This document shows, in pieces, positions 36,322-46,425 of a stretch of DNA of 64,000 bases. Made by a program: the position numbers and the translations under genes. The stretch spans positions 340 to 64,339 of the forward strand of contig JADYXQ010000026.1 of assembly GCA_021772135.1 (NCBI GenBank), given 5' to 3'. How positions within the stretch are numbered: the first letter of the stretch is position 1; every line of letters begins with the position of its first letter. Source of the stretch: Candidatus Obscuribacter sp. (GTDB lineage: Bacteria > Cyanobacteriota > Vampirovibrionia > Obscuribacterales > Obscuribacteraceae). Below the pieces are notes generated by a model. The model was not told the DNA's origin and searched no databases. It saw nothing but the letters and a program-made list of their open reading frames with translations.

Positions 36322-36549
36322 GTCGCCTGTGCATTGGTGTTGGACTATTATGGTACCTGATTAACTGAATTTGGCCGGGGTCAGATAAAATCGCGTTTTC
36401 GTCTCTAAGCTGAAATGACTGGGCTTGAAGACCAACTATAACAATGTTAAAGTCAAGCACAGAATGAGAATGTGCTTTCCATGGGTTAAATTTGTGTTTG
36501 AGGCCTCAAATCAGATTTTGGCGTCTGGAATTTTCGCTTCACTGCATTG

Positions 36550-37644
36550 ATGTCGGAAAATAGAAAAATTATCCACGTCGACATGGATGCATTTTTCGCA
36601 TCGGTTGAACAACGCGACTTCCCTCAGTATCGTGGTCAGGCTCTTGTGGTGGGCGGTTCTCCTGATCAGCGCGGTGTGGTGGCGGCAGCCAGTTACGAGG
36701 CCCGTAAATTCGGTATTTTTTCAGCCATGCCGGCGCGCACCGCCCTGCAAAAATGTCCTAATTTGATCTTTGTCCGTCCGCGCTTTGATGTTTACCGAGA
36801 AGTGTCCGAGCAGATTCGAGAGATTTTTCATCGCTACACAGACCTGGTGGAGCCGCTTTCCCTCGATGAAGCTTACCTGGACGTTACTGTCAATAAAAAA
36901 GAAATGGCATCAGCGACACTGATTGCCAGAGAAATTAAAGGGTTTATTCGTAGCGAATTGAATTTGACCGCTTCTGCCGGAATTTCAATTAACAAATTTT
37001 TGGCGAAGACGGCTTCGGCCGTTAACAAGCCTGACGGCCTGCATTTAATTGCGCCGGATCAAGCGATAGCATTTATCGAGAGTTTGCCCATTGAAAAATT
37101 TTATGGAATCGGTAATGTCACAGCGCAAAAAATGCGGCAGGCCGGAGTATTCAACGGTGCTGATTTGAAGGGCTGGAGTGAAGTTGATCTGGTGCGCAAA
37201 TTCGGCAAGGTCGGTCATTTCTATTACAATATTGTGCGAGGCATCGACCTGCGGCCGGTAGAGCCAAACCGCGTGCGCAAATCAATTGGAGCTGAAGAAA
37301 GTTTCGCTCACGATCTCAGCGACCGCCATGCCTACATAAGCGCTCTTGAAGAAATTGGCGCGACGCTTAAGCGCCGCATCGAAAAAAGCGAGACCAGTGG
37401 CCGCACTCTTACTCTCAAAGTCAAATATGGCGACTATCAGCAAGTGACGCGCAGCAAAACTTTTGCTGAATCGGTTGCTGTAGACAATATGTCGGCAGTA
37501 GTAAAAGTAGCGATGGAATTGCTTGATACCACTGAAGTCGAAACTAAAAATGTCAGACTGCTGGGGCTCTCGCTTTCAAATTTAGATTGCGAACGAGATC
37601 TGGAAAATAGCGATGCGGTCCAGCTAGTGCTCGAGCTGAACTGA
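36550..37644 (+). CDS. dinB: DNA polymerase IV
   Basis: IIHVDMDAFFASVEQRD, SLDEAYLDVT, ASAGISINKFLAKTAS, GIGNVTAQKM. Confidence 0.9.
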   Translation: MSENRKIIHVDMDAFFASVEQRDFPQYRGQALVVGGSPDQRGVVAAASYEARKFGIFSAMPARTALQKCPNLIFVRPRFDVYREVSEQIREIFHRYTDLVEPLSLDEAYLDVTVNKKEMASATLIAREIKGFIRSELNLTASAGISINKFLAKTASAVNKPDGLHLIAPDQAIAFIESLPIEKFYGIGNVTAQKMRQAGVFNGADLKGWSEVDLVRKFGKVGHFYYNIVRGIDLRPVEPNRVRKSIGAEESFAHDLSDRHAYISALEEIGATLKRRIEKSETSGRTLTLKVKYGDYQQVTRSKTFAESVAVDNMSAVVKVAMELLDTTEVETKNVRLLGLSLSNLDCERDLENSDAVQLVLELN

Positions 37645-37660
37645 GATATAATGCCGCCAC

Positions 37661-37855
37661 ATGAGGAAAGCAATGTCCAATGAAGAAACCGGACAACCTG
37701 TACAAACTAAAAGGGAAGAGCTCAAATCGGTGAAGAATCTTCCCATGCAAAAAAGAGTAGAGCGCAAGGAAGATGGCCGCCACCTGTTTTACTATACTTT
37801 CGCTGACGAGCAGCCATTGCCTGATAACAGCCACCAGAAGAAGGCAGGCCCGTAA
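37661..37855 (+). CDS. small ORF resembling the N-terminal extension of long-form GalT
   Basis: KEDGRHLFYYTF resembles the 'LADGRELIYYD' start of actinobacterial-type GalT (from memory). Its stop overlaps the galT start (TAATG). Confidence 0.35.
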   Translation: MRKAMSNEETGQPVQTKREELKSVKNLPMQKRVERKEDGRHLFYYTFADEQPLPDNSHQKKAGP

Positions 37856-38841
37856 TGTCTGAGATGCGTTGGAATCCGGTGCTCTGTGAATGGGTGGTAA
37901 CGGCGACCCATCGGCAGGATCGCACCTTTCTCCCTCCGGCCGGTTACTGCCCACTTTGTCCCACTGCTGCCGGCGGTTTCCCTACAGAAGTGCCTGAGTC
38001 TTCATATGATTTTGTCGTTTTCGAAAACAAGTTTCCCAGTTTAAAACTCAAGGCACCAGTGCCGGTGGTTGCGGCCAGCGAACTTTTTGCCGTCAAGCCT
38101 TCGGTGGGAGTTTGCGAAGTTGTTTTATATTCCAGCGATCATGGCGGCACACTGACGGACTTGTCACCAATCAGGCTGCATCAGCTGGTTCGAGTCTGGC
38201 GTGATCGATATGAAGAACTTGGTGCTCTACCCGATATCGATTATGTTTTCATTTTTGAAAATAAGGGCGAAGCGATTGGAGTGACTATCCATCACCCTCA
38301 CGGCCAGATTTATGCTTTCTCTTACTTGCCACCAAAGATTGAGCGCGAGTTGAAAAGTGAAAGTGAACACCATGAGCGTACTGGCCGTTGTCTGCACTGC
38401 GATATCGTCAAAGAAGAGCTGACCGAGGGCGTTCGCATAGTAGCCGAAACTGAACACTTTATGGCGATTATCCCTTTCTATGCTCGCTATCCTTATGAAG
38501 TGCATATTTATTCTCGGGCGCACCGCGGCTCTATGGCCGAGTTTTCCGGCGCTGAAGAAGCAGATCTAGCGCGTATAATGTTGCAGGTTTTGCGCCAGTA
38601 TGACGGTCTCTGGGGCTTCTCTATGCCTTACATGATGGTCATGCATCAGAAACCTACAGACGGCAAGGATTGGCCTGGCAGCCACTTCCATATTGAGTTT
38701 TACCCGCCCTTGCGCACACCGGAAAAATTGAAATATCTGGCCGGCTGCGAATCGGGAGCTGGTACTTTTGTCAACGATACTCTGCCGGAAGAGAAGGCAA
38801 AAGAATTGAGAAATGTTCAAATCGAGGCGGTAGTCTATTGA
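37855..38841 (+). CDS. galT: galactose-1-phosphate uridylyltransferase
   Basis: RWNPVLCEWVVTATHRQDR, CPLCP, FENKG, HPHGQIY (HIT-like HxHxQ). Confidence 0.9.
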   Translation: MSEMRWNPVLCEWVVTATHRQDRTFLPPAGYCPLCPTAAGGFPTEVPESSYDFVVFENKFPSLKLKAPVPVVAASELFAVKPSVGVCEVVLYSSDHGGTLTDLSPIRLHQLVRVWRDRYEELGALPDIDYVFIFENKGEAIGVTIHHPHGQIYAFSYLPPKIERELKSESEHHERTGRCLHCDIVKEELTEGVRIVAETEHFMAIIPFYARYPYEVHIYSRAHRGSMAEFSGAEEADLARIMLQVLRQYDGLWGFSMPYMMVMHQKPTDGKDWPGSHFHIEFYPPLRTPEKLKYLAGCESGAGTFVNDTLPEEKAKELRNVQIEAVVY

Positions 38842-40031
38842 ATAAATTAGCTGATTCGCAGACAGATGTTGCCAGTGCTGCTTTCGCCACACGCTTTGGC
38901 GAGGCGCCGCAATATGTTGTGCGGGCACCGGGTCGTGTAAATTTAATCGGCGAGCACACCGACTACAATCAGGGCTTTGTTTTTCCCTGTGCCATCGATC
39001 GCGAAATGGTGATTGTGGCTAGCCCCAGAGCCGATCACCGAGTGCTTGCTCATTCAATGGAATACGATCAAGAAGACGAATTTGATTTAGCCGAGATAAG
39101 CAAAATTCCGCCACCTGATAAACAATGGTCGAATTATCTGCGTTCTGTTGTAAGCACTCTGCGAAAACGCGGCCATGTTCTCAGCGGCTTTAATGCGGTG
39201 CTGGCGGGTAATGTGCCTCAAGGAGCCGGTTTAAGTTCGTCTGCCGCTTACGAGGTTGCTGTGGCCACGTTATGTAATGGTATTGACCAACTTGGTATCA
39301 ATGGCAAAGACATAGCCTTAATTTCGCAACAGGCGGAAAATGAATTTATCGGTGTCCAGTGCGGCATTATGGATCAGTTTATATCGGCTCTGGGTGAGGC
39401 AGACTCTGCCTTGATGATTGACTGCCGCTCCCTCGATTACCGAGCTGTGCCACTACGTTTAGAACAATTGGCTTGCTCCATTGTCATTACAAATTCTGGC
39501 GTGCGCCGAGGTCTGGTCGACAGCGAGTACAATTTGCGGCGCAATCAGTGCAGCGAAGGTGTGGCGGCCTTAAGTACTCTCACAGGCAGGGCGCTGGTAA
39601 GTTTGCGCGATATTGAACTAGATGAATTCGACGCGCATGCAACAGCGCTTGACGCTACTGTGGCTAAGAGATGTCGTCATGTTGTGACTGAAAACAAAAG
39701 AGTAACCGATGCCGTGGCTTGCCTTGAGGCCAGCAATCTTGATGACTTCGGTCTGCTCATGAACGCTTCACATGCTTCCTTACGCGATGATTTTGCCGTT
39801 AGCTGCCCTGAGATAGACACTCTTGTGGAGCTGTCACAAAACTACGAAGGCGTACTGGGAGCTAGAATTACAGGTGGCGGATTTGGTGGCTGCACCGTTG
39901 CCGTTATGTATGACGCCGTGGTGGAAGGTTTTATGGCCACTGTCATTCCTGAATATGAACGCACTTGCGGCAAGCAAGCCAGCGTCTACATTTGCCGCGC
40001 CATGGCCGGTGCGGCATTGCAAAAGCAGTAG
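38838..40031 (+). CDS. galK: galactokinase
   Basis: APGRVNLIGEHTDYNQGFVFPCAID and the GHMP motif PQGAGLSSSAA. TTG start overlaps the galT stop. Confidence 0.9.
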   Translation: MNKLADSQTDVASAAFATRFGEAPQYVVRAPGRVNLIGEHTDYNQGFVFPCAIDREMVIVASPRADHRVLAHSMEYDQEDEFDLAEISKIPPPDKQWSNYLRSVVSTLRKRGHVLSGFNAVLAGNVPQGAGLSSSAAYEVAVATLCNGIDQLGINGKDIALISQQAENEFIGVQCGIMDQFISALGEADSALMIDCRSLDYRAVPLRLEQLACSIVITNSGVRRGLVDSEYNLRRNQCSEGVAALSTLTGRALVSLRDIELDEFDAHATALDATVAKRCRHVVTENKRVTDAVACLEASNLDDFGLLMNASHASLRDDFAVSCPEIDTLVELSQNYEGVLGARITGGGFGGCTVAVMYDAVVEGFMATVIPEYERTCGKQASVYICRAMAGAALQKQ

Positions 40032-40053
40032 ACTGGTAAAGCAGTAGACAAAT

Positions 40054-40764
40054 CTATGGCGTGGGCTCACCTTGAGCTTTGAGCCACTTACTCAAGTCAT
40101 TGATTGCTTCTGCCGAAAAAGTATTCTCGTTTGCTTTAGAGAAGCTATGGTCAAGATCTGAGTAAACCTTGAAAGTGGCGTTGGTGCGGCCGTCAAGGGC
40201 TTCCCACCAGATTTGAAAATTGTCGGCGCTGACGATTTTGTCTTTCGCGCCCTGAACAATCATCAGTGGCCTAGTTACTCTTTTTATTGCCTCAGCCGCA
40301 TTGTAATTGCTGTTTTTTTCTGGTGCGGCCGCTCCGGCCAGTAGAACAAAGCCGCAAATATTTTGATTGGCTGCGGCTATTAAGGGGATAAGAGCGGCAT
40401 TCTGACCGTGGCCCAGCACAAAAATACTTTTTTGATCAATTTTTTTATTATCTTTGAGCGCCGCCACCACCTGCAGTGCTTCTCTAGTTGTCGGCCCAGT
40501 TTCTGCGCGGCCGGTATACACCGCTGCGGCGATCTCGTTTTCGGCCAGAGCTTGAGCCAATTGCCTCGTGGTTCTACCATCGCTTTGATCGGGCAGAATC
40601 ACCATGGTCGAAAACGGCCCGTCCCCGTCAGGGCAGGTAAGAGTAAATGTGAAATCAGTAAATTCATTGCCGGCAGTAGAGGCCGGCGCCGCGCCAGCAA
40701 AAAATAGGGAGAGAAGACCGGCGAGAATATTTGCGGGGCTTGTTGTCTTTCGTAAAATAGGCAT
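40054..40764 (-). CDS. secreted alpha/beta-hydrolase-fold protein with Gly at the nucleophile position
   Basis: Signal peptide ILAGLLSLFFAGAAPAS. The elbow reads VLGHGQNA (GGT where Ser AGT is expected). QGAKDKIV and DLDHSF are retained. Confidence 0.6.
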   Translation of the reverse strand: MPILRKTTSPANILAGLLSLFFAGAAPASTAGNEFTDFTFTLTCPDGDGPFSTMVILPDQSDGRTTRQLAQALAENEIAAAVYTGRAETGPTTREALQVVAALKDNKKIDQKSIFVLGHGQNAALIPLIAAANQNICGFVLLAGAAAPEKNSNYNAAEAIKRVTRPLMIVQGAKDKIVSADNFQIWWEALDGRTNATFKVYSDLDHSFSKANENTFSAEAINDLSKWLKAQGEPTP

Positions 40765-40790
40765 ACTTAAGGACCCAGTATATACATTTA

Positions 40791-41807
40791 ATGACTAACC
40801 AACCGCCAAAAAAGCATAATCTCCCCGGTACACTGACCGTTGGCTCTATTATTGGCGGCACTTATCGCGTGATAGATTTTGTCGGCGCCGGCGGCATGGG
40901 CTATGTCTACAAAGTCGAACACCTGATGATGGCCAAAGTTATGGCGCCGAAAGTCTTGCGAGCTGATGAAGTTTCTCCGGCTGTCTGGTCGCGCTTTCGA
41001 ATCGAAGCAAAAGCCATTGCCAGGCTCGATCATCCTAATGTAGTGCGCATTTATGACATGAATCAGACCGAAGAAGGTACGCCGTACTACACCATGGATC
41101 TTCTGGCCGGCCAGTCTCTGGCTGACTATCTCGATGCTAATGGTCCCATGCCGCCGGCGCTGGCCCTGCCGGTTTTTACTCAGGTTTGTGTCGGGCTGGC
41201 ATACGCACACGAGCGCGGTATCATTCACCGCGATATTAAGCCTGGCAATATTATGTTGACTGGAGTTGGAGGGGGGGCGCCCGCAGGTAAAAATTGTAGA
41301 TTTCGGCATCGCTAAGCTCAGTGCCCTGGACGGCAGCGGCAGCCTGAATCTCACTCGTCCAGGCGAAGTGGTAGGCAGCCCTCTATACATGAGCCCTGTA
41401 GACGGCAACAATAGCGAACTCTTCAATCAACTGCATCGCCTGACCGGTCTGCATACTGTAGACATGAGGGCAAGCAACTTTGAAGGGGCTGCTTTCCATT
41501 CGCTGGAGAAGCTTACTAACGTAAAAAAGGCCAATCTAAGCAACGTTAAAATCGATTCAAAGCAACTGGCGCGCAGTAAGTTTTTAAGGGTAATGCTCTT
41601 AAAGACCAACAACTGGCCACCTTCGCCAATCTCGACTTACTTACCGATCTCAATTTAGACTTTTGCACTGGCCTCACTGAAAATGCCGTAACATAGTTGG
41701 GTAAAATTAAGCAGTTAAAGCGCTTGACCTTACCTGAAGATCTCACCACTGAAAAAACTTTTTATGCCATCAAAAAGGTCTTGCCTGGTCTGAAAAAAAT
41801 TAATTGA
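40791..41807 (+). pseudogene. decayed Hanks kinase-LRR gene (G7 frameshift, internal deletion, second frameshift, in-frame TAG)
   Basis: The frame breaks at G7 (41271-41277) between HRDIKPGNIML and VKIVDFGIAKL. GSPLYMSP is joined directly to LRR sequence near 41398. The frame shifts again near 41581-41590. In-frame TAG at 41694-41696. Terminal TGA at 41805-41807. Confidence 0.75.
41271..41277 (+). repeat. G7 homopolymer at the kinase frameshift
   Basis: ggaGGGGGGGcgc read directly. G6 would restore GVGGGRPQVKIVDFG. Confidence 0.9.
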
Positions 41808-41819
41808 AATGAGGAAAAT

Positions 41820-42131
41820 ATGTTCTGTGTCATATATCACTTCAAGGTTAAAAAAGGTCAGGAGATTGCTTTTCAGGAAGCGTGGCATGCCGTCACCGAA
41901 GACATGGTGCAAAACTACAAGTCGCTGGGGGCCAGATTGCATTCTGCTGAAGACGGTTCTTGCGTTGCTTATGCTCAATGGCCTGACAAAGACAGCTGGC
42001 AGAGCGGTCATGTAATTATTGAAGCCGAATCAAGGCAGATGCATGTGGAAAATCTTTTAGACGAAATTCCCACAGTGATTTACAAAATGACCGTGATCGA
42101 AGATTTGTTTGCAGGGGCACCACTGGCTTGA
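41820..42131 (+). CDS. antibiotic-biosynthesis-monooxygenase (ABM/Dabb fold) domain protein
   Basis: About 100 aa. IYHFKVKKGQEIAFQEAW...LGARLH...YAQWPDKDSW pattern. GAGG RBS. Confidence 0.6.
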   Translation: MFCVIYHFKVKKGQEIAFQEAWHAVTEDMVQNYKSLGARLHSAEDGSCVAYAQWPDKDSWQSGHVIIEAESRQMHVENLLDEIPTVIYKMTVIEDLFAGAPLA

Positions 42132-43161
42132 CTTAATCGAGGGTGCAGTTATTAAGAAGCCCGGAAAATGGGAGATTATCGTCATGGCAGTGGGAGCCAT
42201 TGCCACAGTGAGTTCTCTTGTCTGGATGAAAAATCAATCTGATATGCACGCTTTGCGGCATGAGGAAGTAATGTTTGAAATTGAAAGTCTCAAGTCGGGT
42301 ATTGGCCCGGCGGCGCCGGTGGCCCGCGAGCTATTGGCGGCAACTAATGCAGACAATCGCGCGGTGCTGCAACTTTTGTCTCCGGAAATTAAGAACCAGA
42401 AAGCTGGGTTAGCTTATCTGGAAAAAAATTGGTCTGCACACGATGCTGCTAAATTAGTAGAAATTTTGCCTTTCTTAGGTGCCGGCTCAGGTGAGCGAGA
42501 GCCGGTGCTCAAGCTCTTGAACCAGAAGACCGGCAAGGCTGTCGGCAAAAATTTGGCGGCCGATCGTTCTTATCTTGATTTTAAAGCTTTGCTGTATCAC
42601 CGATGCGATCCCCGGTTTATTCATTATTTTGCCGGTGGGCCCAAAGTAACAATAGATCCTGAAGAAGTTCGCTGGTCGGGGGTGACACAAAGCCCGGCCT
42701 TGCGTCACACGGCCTTGATTGAAGCAGGACAAGCTACCTATTTAAATGAAAGCGATCTTGTTTTTGGCATTACTTCTGCTAACGAGTCGGTTGCTTATCC
42801 TCAACGCCTACTGGTCTGGCACAGCCTGGTGGAAAGCCAGTGGGAGGCCGGTGGAGGAACAAGAGCGTTGCTAATCGTTTATGATTCTTCCAGCCATATG
42901 GCGCAAATTTTTGAGAGTGCTGATGGTGCCGACAACTTTAGCCAGAGCGGTTTTGTTTACCGTGGTGAGCCTCTCATTGTCAGTGATTCTAAGGCCTCAC
43001 TCTGGTGGCCAAAGACAGGCAAGACCGTTATTTCTAGACAGGGCGACCTGGAACTCAAGCCATTGCCTGTGGTGGCAACAACCTGGGCCGCCTGGAAGTC
43101 CGCCCATAGGCAAACTAAAGTCTTGTCTAATGATACCGGTTTTGACCGTAACTACTTCTGA
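42109..43161 (+). CDS. DUF3179-like protein with N-terminal TM anchor (start uncertain)
   Basis: VFGITSANESVAYPQRLLVWHSLVE...SGFVYRGEPLIVSDSKASLWWPKTGK...TTWAAWKSAHRQTKVLSNDTG is collinear with DUF3179. The usual Cys pair position reads YDSSSH. Confidence 0.6.
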   Translation: MQGHHWLDLIEGAVIKKPGKWEIIVMAVGAIATVSSLVWMKNQSDMHALRHEEVMFEIESLKSGIGPAAPVARELLAATNADNRAVLQLLSPEIKNQKAGLAYLEKNWSAHDAAKLVEILPFLGAGSGEREPVLKLLNQKTGKAVGKNLAADRSYLDFKALLYHRCDPRFIHYFAGGPKVTIDPEEVRWSGVTQSPALRHTALIEAGQATYLNESDLVFGITSANESVAYPQRLLVWHSLVESQWEAGGGTRALLIVYDSSSHMAQIFESADGADNFSQSGFVYRGEPLIVSDSKASLWWPKTGKTVISRQGDLELKPLPVVATTWAAWKSAHRQTKVLSNDTGFDRNYF

Positions 43162-43170
43162 CGCCGTGCC

Positions 43171-44133
43171 TTAATTAGTAGGCTCTACCGCCGTCATCGC
43201 CGATGGTGGTTTTTCATTGGAGGCAAAAACCTGGTCTATTCTCGGAGCTACCGCTTCAGCTGCGTCTTCGCCAGACTTGATAGCTTTTCTCAACAGCTCT
43301 TCTTTGCTGGTCATGTATGAAACACCTTCTGTATCCGGAAAAATCAAAACGTCGCTTTCGGCTGCTTTGGGTTTGTCTGTGTTGGCCAGAACAATATCTA
43401 CAACTCTTCCAAGAATCTGCCAGTTAGAGCGAAAAGTTTCTTTATCAACAACATTAATAGGTGCGTCCACCAGGGCGGCAATAACCAGATCGGGTTTCAT
43501 GGTTTTAGCAATCTCTGACGGTAGATTGGCTCTCAGGGCTCCGTCTACATAAAGGTGATTGTTTATTTCAATCGGTTTGCAAATGATCGGCACACAGTTG
43601 CTGGCCACCACTGAAATCGGCAGATCACCTTTGGTCAACACTTCGGTTTTGCCATCTTCTAGATTAGTGACCACGCAACCAAGGGGAATTTTTAGTTCAG
43701 CAAAAGTAGCGGGCAATCTCTTTGAGAGAAATTTTTCAAAATTCTTGCCGGTAGATAAGCCGCCGTAGGTCTTGCCCTTAAACACATGCGCCACTGGTGC
43801 CAGCGGTGCAGTTAAGACTCTGGGAGCGATACCCCTAAACATATTTTTTTGCAAATCGCCCGATAAGAACATTGCTTCAATTTCGTCTAATGGCACACCG
43901 GCACAATATAGAGCGCCGATGGTGGCACCCATGCTGGTGCCGATGATGCCGTCGATGGCGATTTTATGTTTTTCCAGGGTGCGCAGCACTCCGATCTCAG
44001 CTACCGCTTTACAGCCCCCTCCGGAAAGGGCAAGAATCACGCGTGGTTTCGCCGCATGAAAAGGTTGTTTGGTAGCGCCGCTAACCTTAATGTCTGGGGC
44101 CAGCTCGTTGACATCTCGATTGCATTGCCGCAA
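43171..44133 (-). CDS. patatin-like phospholipase
   Basis: GGGCKAVAEIG oxyanion motif, GTSMGA nucleophile, VDGALRAN Asp dyad motif. Confidence 0.85.
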   Translation of the reverse strand: MRQCNRDVNELAPDIKVSGATKQPFHAAKPRVILALSGGGCKAVAEIGVLRTLEKHKIAIDGIIGTSMGATIGALYCAGVPLDEIEAMFLSGDLQKNMFRGIAPRVLTAPLAPVAHVFKGKTYGGLSTGKNFEKFLSKRLPATFAELKIPLGCVVTNLEDGKTEVLTKGDLPISVVASNCVPIICKPIEINNHLYVDGALRANLPSEIAKTMKPDLVIAALVDAPINVVDKETFRSNWQILGRVVDIVLANTDKPKAAESDVLIFPDTEGVSYMTSKEELLRKAIKSGEDAAEAVAPRIDQVFASNEKPPSAMTAVEPTN

Positions 44134-44161
44134 TAGTTCCGTTTTAAAAATCTTCTACGAT

Positions 44162-46420
44162 TTATAAATAAGTTGGTATTTCTGCCATGACCATGGCGAT
44201 TTCGCCTCTCAGGCGGCCGAGCAGGTTGCCGCAGATAGACGCGTCACTGCGTCTGGATGCTTCTTCTAAACTTTCTAACGTTTCAGTTAATTGCCAGGCA
44301 CAAACAGTAGCGCAAGCGCCTTTTAGTGAGTGAGCTGAGGCCTTGACGGCGGCAAAATTTTGCTGTTCTAAATTGTTCTCGATGTCATTGAATTCAGACG
44401 GCAGCGATTCGCAGAACATCTCCAGCAACTTTTTGCGATTGCTGTCATTGAATCGTTCCATTAATATGCTGTGGTTGATAAATTTCACTCCGGCCGAAGC
44501 CGATTCAGCTGGCGGCAGAGAGGTGGCGGAACGGGGTTGCGCTATCGCCGCTGGTCCCGGTATCGCATATGGTGCACCGTGCATAGTTGAATTTGCCTCT
44601 GGTTTTTGCTCCGTCCACAAACGCAACACTCTCTCCAGTTCTTCCGCCTCAATCGGTTTGGCCATGAATTCATCCATTCCGGCCGCCAGGCAGGCTTCGC
44701 GATTTCCCTGTAAAACATTGGCGGTCATCGCGATAACTGGAATCTGGGTTTGTCTTTGTTCTTGCAATTTTTTGATGATGCGGGCAGCGGCATAGCCATC
44801 TAATTCGGGCATGTGACAATCGAGAAATATCACATCGAATTTTGTTTTTGTGAACGCTTCTACTGCATCAAGACCATTGTCTGCAACGGTTACATCAATA
44901 TTCAAGTCTTCCAGTAACAGTTTTGCCACTTGTTGATTAAGCTTGTTGTCGTCGGCAACCAGTGCCTTGAGGCGAGTGGCGAGAGTTGGCGGCGGCGCAT
45001 AACTGCGTGTTGCCTGCGCGTCGTTAGCGCCTTTTTGAATGTCGCCGAAATTGAGGTAATATTTGAGGACGTTGCGGCGAATCGGGCGGATGATTGTAGT
45101 GGCCATGCCTTTTGGCAAGAGTTGCTCAGTTTCGTTCCTCTTGTCTCTGCTGGTAAGCAAGTACAAGCTTTGCCTGCCGTTGTTGTAACCGAAAAAGTGT
45201 CTTTCAAAAATTTCTAAAGCCAATGCGCTATTGCGCGCGCCGTCGACAATGATACTGACATGGCTGCCTTCTTTTCTGGCGTTCGCGATCAGTTCGTCGG
45301 CTTCAGCTGTGGTGCTGCATGATAGTGCTCGCCGTCCCATTTGCAGGCAGTAACTGACTATATACTTTTGTAGAAGCTGATCGGGATCGACAACAATCAC
45401 CGTAGAATTTTGGCTTGACCCTGATGCTGAAATTTCTTCACTGGAATTTTGTTTGCAAGTTGCTAGAGTGATTTCAAAACTAAATGTAGAACCTGCGTCT
45501 ACCTCACAGGTGACTGTAATTTCACCGCCTATGAGCTCAATCAAACGCCTGGAAATACTGAGCCCCAGACCTGTGCCACCATGGCGCCGACTGATGGAGC
45601 CGTCAATTTGCACAAAAGGTTGGAACAGTTTTTCTAAACTGCTGCCGTCAATACCCATGCCGGTATCAATCACTGAAAATCTAATTTTCAGGTCGTTCTC
45701 GTTCAACTCTTGCAAAGTTACTTCAATAGCAACGCTGCCCTTGTCTGTAAATTTGATGCCGTTGCCGCCCAGGTTGAGTAAAATCTGCCGTAGACGCAAT
45801 GGATCTCCCACTAGTAAGGTGGGAATACGCGGGTCAATAAAAGTAGAAAGTAAGAGGTCTTTGCTGTCTGCTTGCGGCGCTAAAATTTCGCCCACACCTT
45901 CAATTAAATTGGTAAGCTCGAACTCGCAATTGCTTATTTCGAGACGCCCTGATTCGATTTTTGAAAAATCGAGAATATCGGTGAGAATGCTGAGGAGCGA
46001 TCGGCCGGCTTCTTTTACCAGCAGAGCGTACTCTCTGGCACTGGCAGTTAATTCGGTACGCAATAACATTTCGAGCATGCCAAGCATGCCATTGAGCGGT
46101 GTACGAATTTCATGGCTCATATTAGCTACAAATTCTGATTTCAGTTTTGAAGCTATTTGGGCCTGGTCGCGAGCTTGAGTCAATTCTTCTACTAAATGCC
46201 TGGAGTCGCTGCCTTCAATGCTGCGCAGGGTGCTTTGCTCATTCTCGCTCAAGCGAGCATTGTGTTCATCTTCAGCAATGACGATTAGCTGGTCGATAAC
46301 TGAGCGCATTTGAGAGCGAGTTTCGACGTCGCCAATCTGATTGAGCGCGGTGGATATCGGTCCGCGTATAAGAGTTTCCAGTTTTTGCGTGAAATGTTCC
46401 ATACTTACCGCCAGCAACAA
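44162..46420 (-). CDS. soluble hybrid sensor histidine kinase (HisKA-HATPase-degenerate REC-REC-HPt)
   Basis: H-box SHEIRTPLN. G-boxes DTGMGI and GTGLGLSI. REC motifs (VADDNKLN, FLDCHMPELDG, AMTAN, AKP). HPt motif SAHSLKGA. No TM segment. ATG 46402 is an alternative start. Confidence 0.9.
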   Translation of the reverse strand: MLLAVSMEHFTQKLETLIRGPISTALNQIGDVETRSQMRSVIDQLIVIAEDEHNARLSENEQSTLRSIEGSDSRHLVEELTQARDQAQIASKLKSEFVANMSHEIRTPLNGMLGMLEMLLRTELTASAREYALLVKEAGRSLLSILTDILDFSKIESGRLEISNCEFELTNLIEGVGEILAPQADSKDLLLSTFIDPRIPTLLVGDPLRLRQILLNLGGNGIKFTDKGSVAIEVTLQELNENDLKIRFSVIDTGMGIDGSSLEKLFQPFVQIDGSISRRHGGTGLGLSISRRLIELIGGEITVTCEVDAGSTFSFEITLATCKQNSSEEISASGSSQNSTVIVVDPDQLLQKYIVSYCLQMGRRALSCSTTAEADELIANARKEGSHVSIIVDGARNSALALEIFERHFFGYNNGRQSLYLLTSRDKRNETEQLLPKGMATTIIRPIRRNVLKYYLNFGDIQKGANDAQATRSYAPPPTLATRLKALVADDNKLNQQVAKLLLEDLNIDVTVADNGLDAVEAFTKTKFDVIFLDCHMPELDGYAAARIIKKLQEQRQTQIPVIAMTANVLQGNREACLAAGMDEFMAKPIEAEELERVLRLWTEQKPEANSTMHGAPYAIPGPAAIAQPRSATSLPPAESASAGVKFINHSILMERFNDSNRKKLLEMFCESLPSEFNDIENNLEQQNFAAVKASAHSLKGACATVCAWQLTETLESLEEASRRSDASICGNLLGRLRGEIAMVMAEIPTYL

Positions 46421-46425
46421 TGACT

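Noticed and set aside
36322-36546. SOS/LexA box upstream of dinB
   Set aside because: There are only weak partial palindromes (ggtacctgattaac; aagcaca-N9-tgtgctt). None matches a LexA consensus I know.
40788-41426. 212-aa minus-strand ORF
   Set aside because: It is antisense to the kinase pseudogene, whose plus-strand frames carry unmistakable Hanks motifs.
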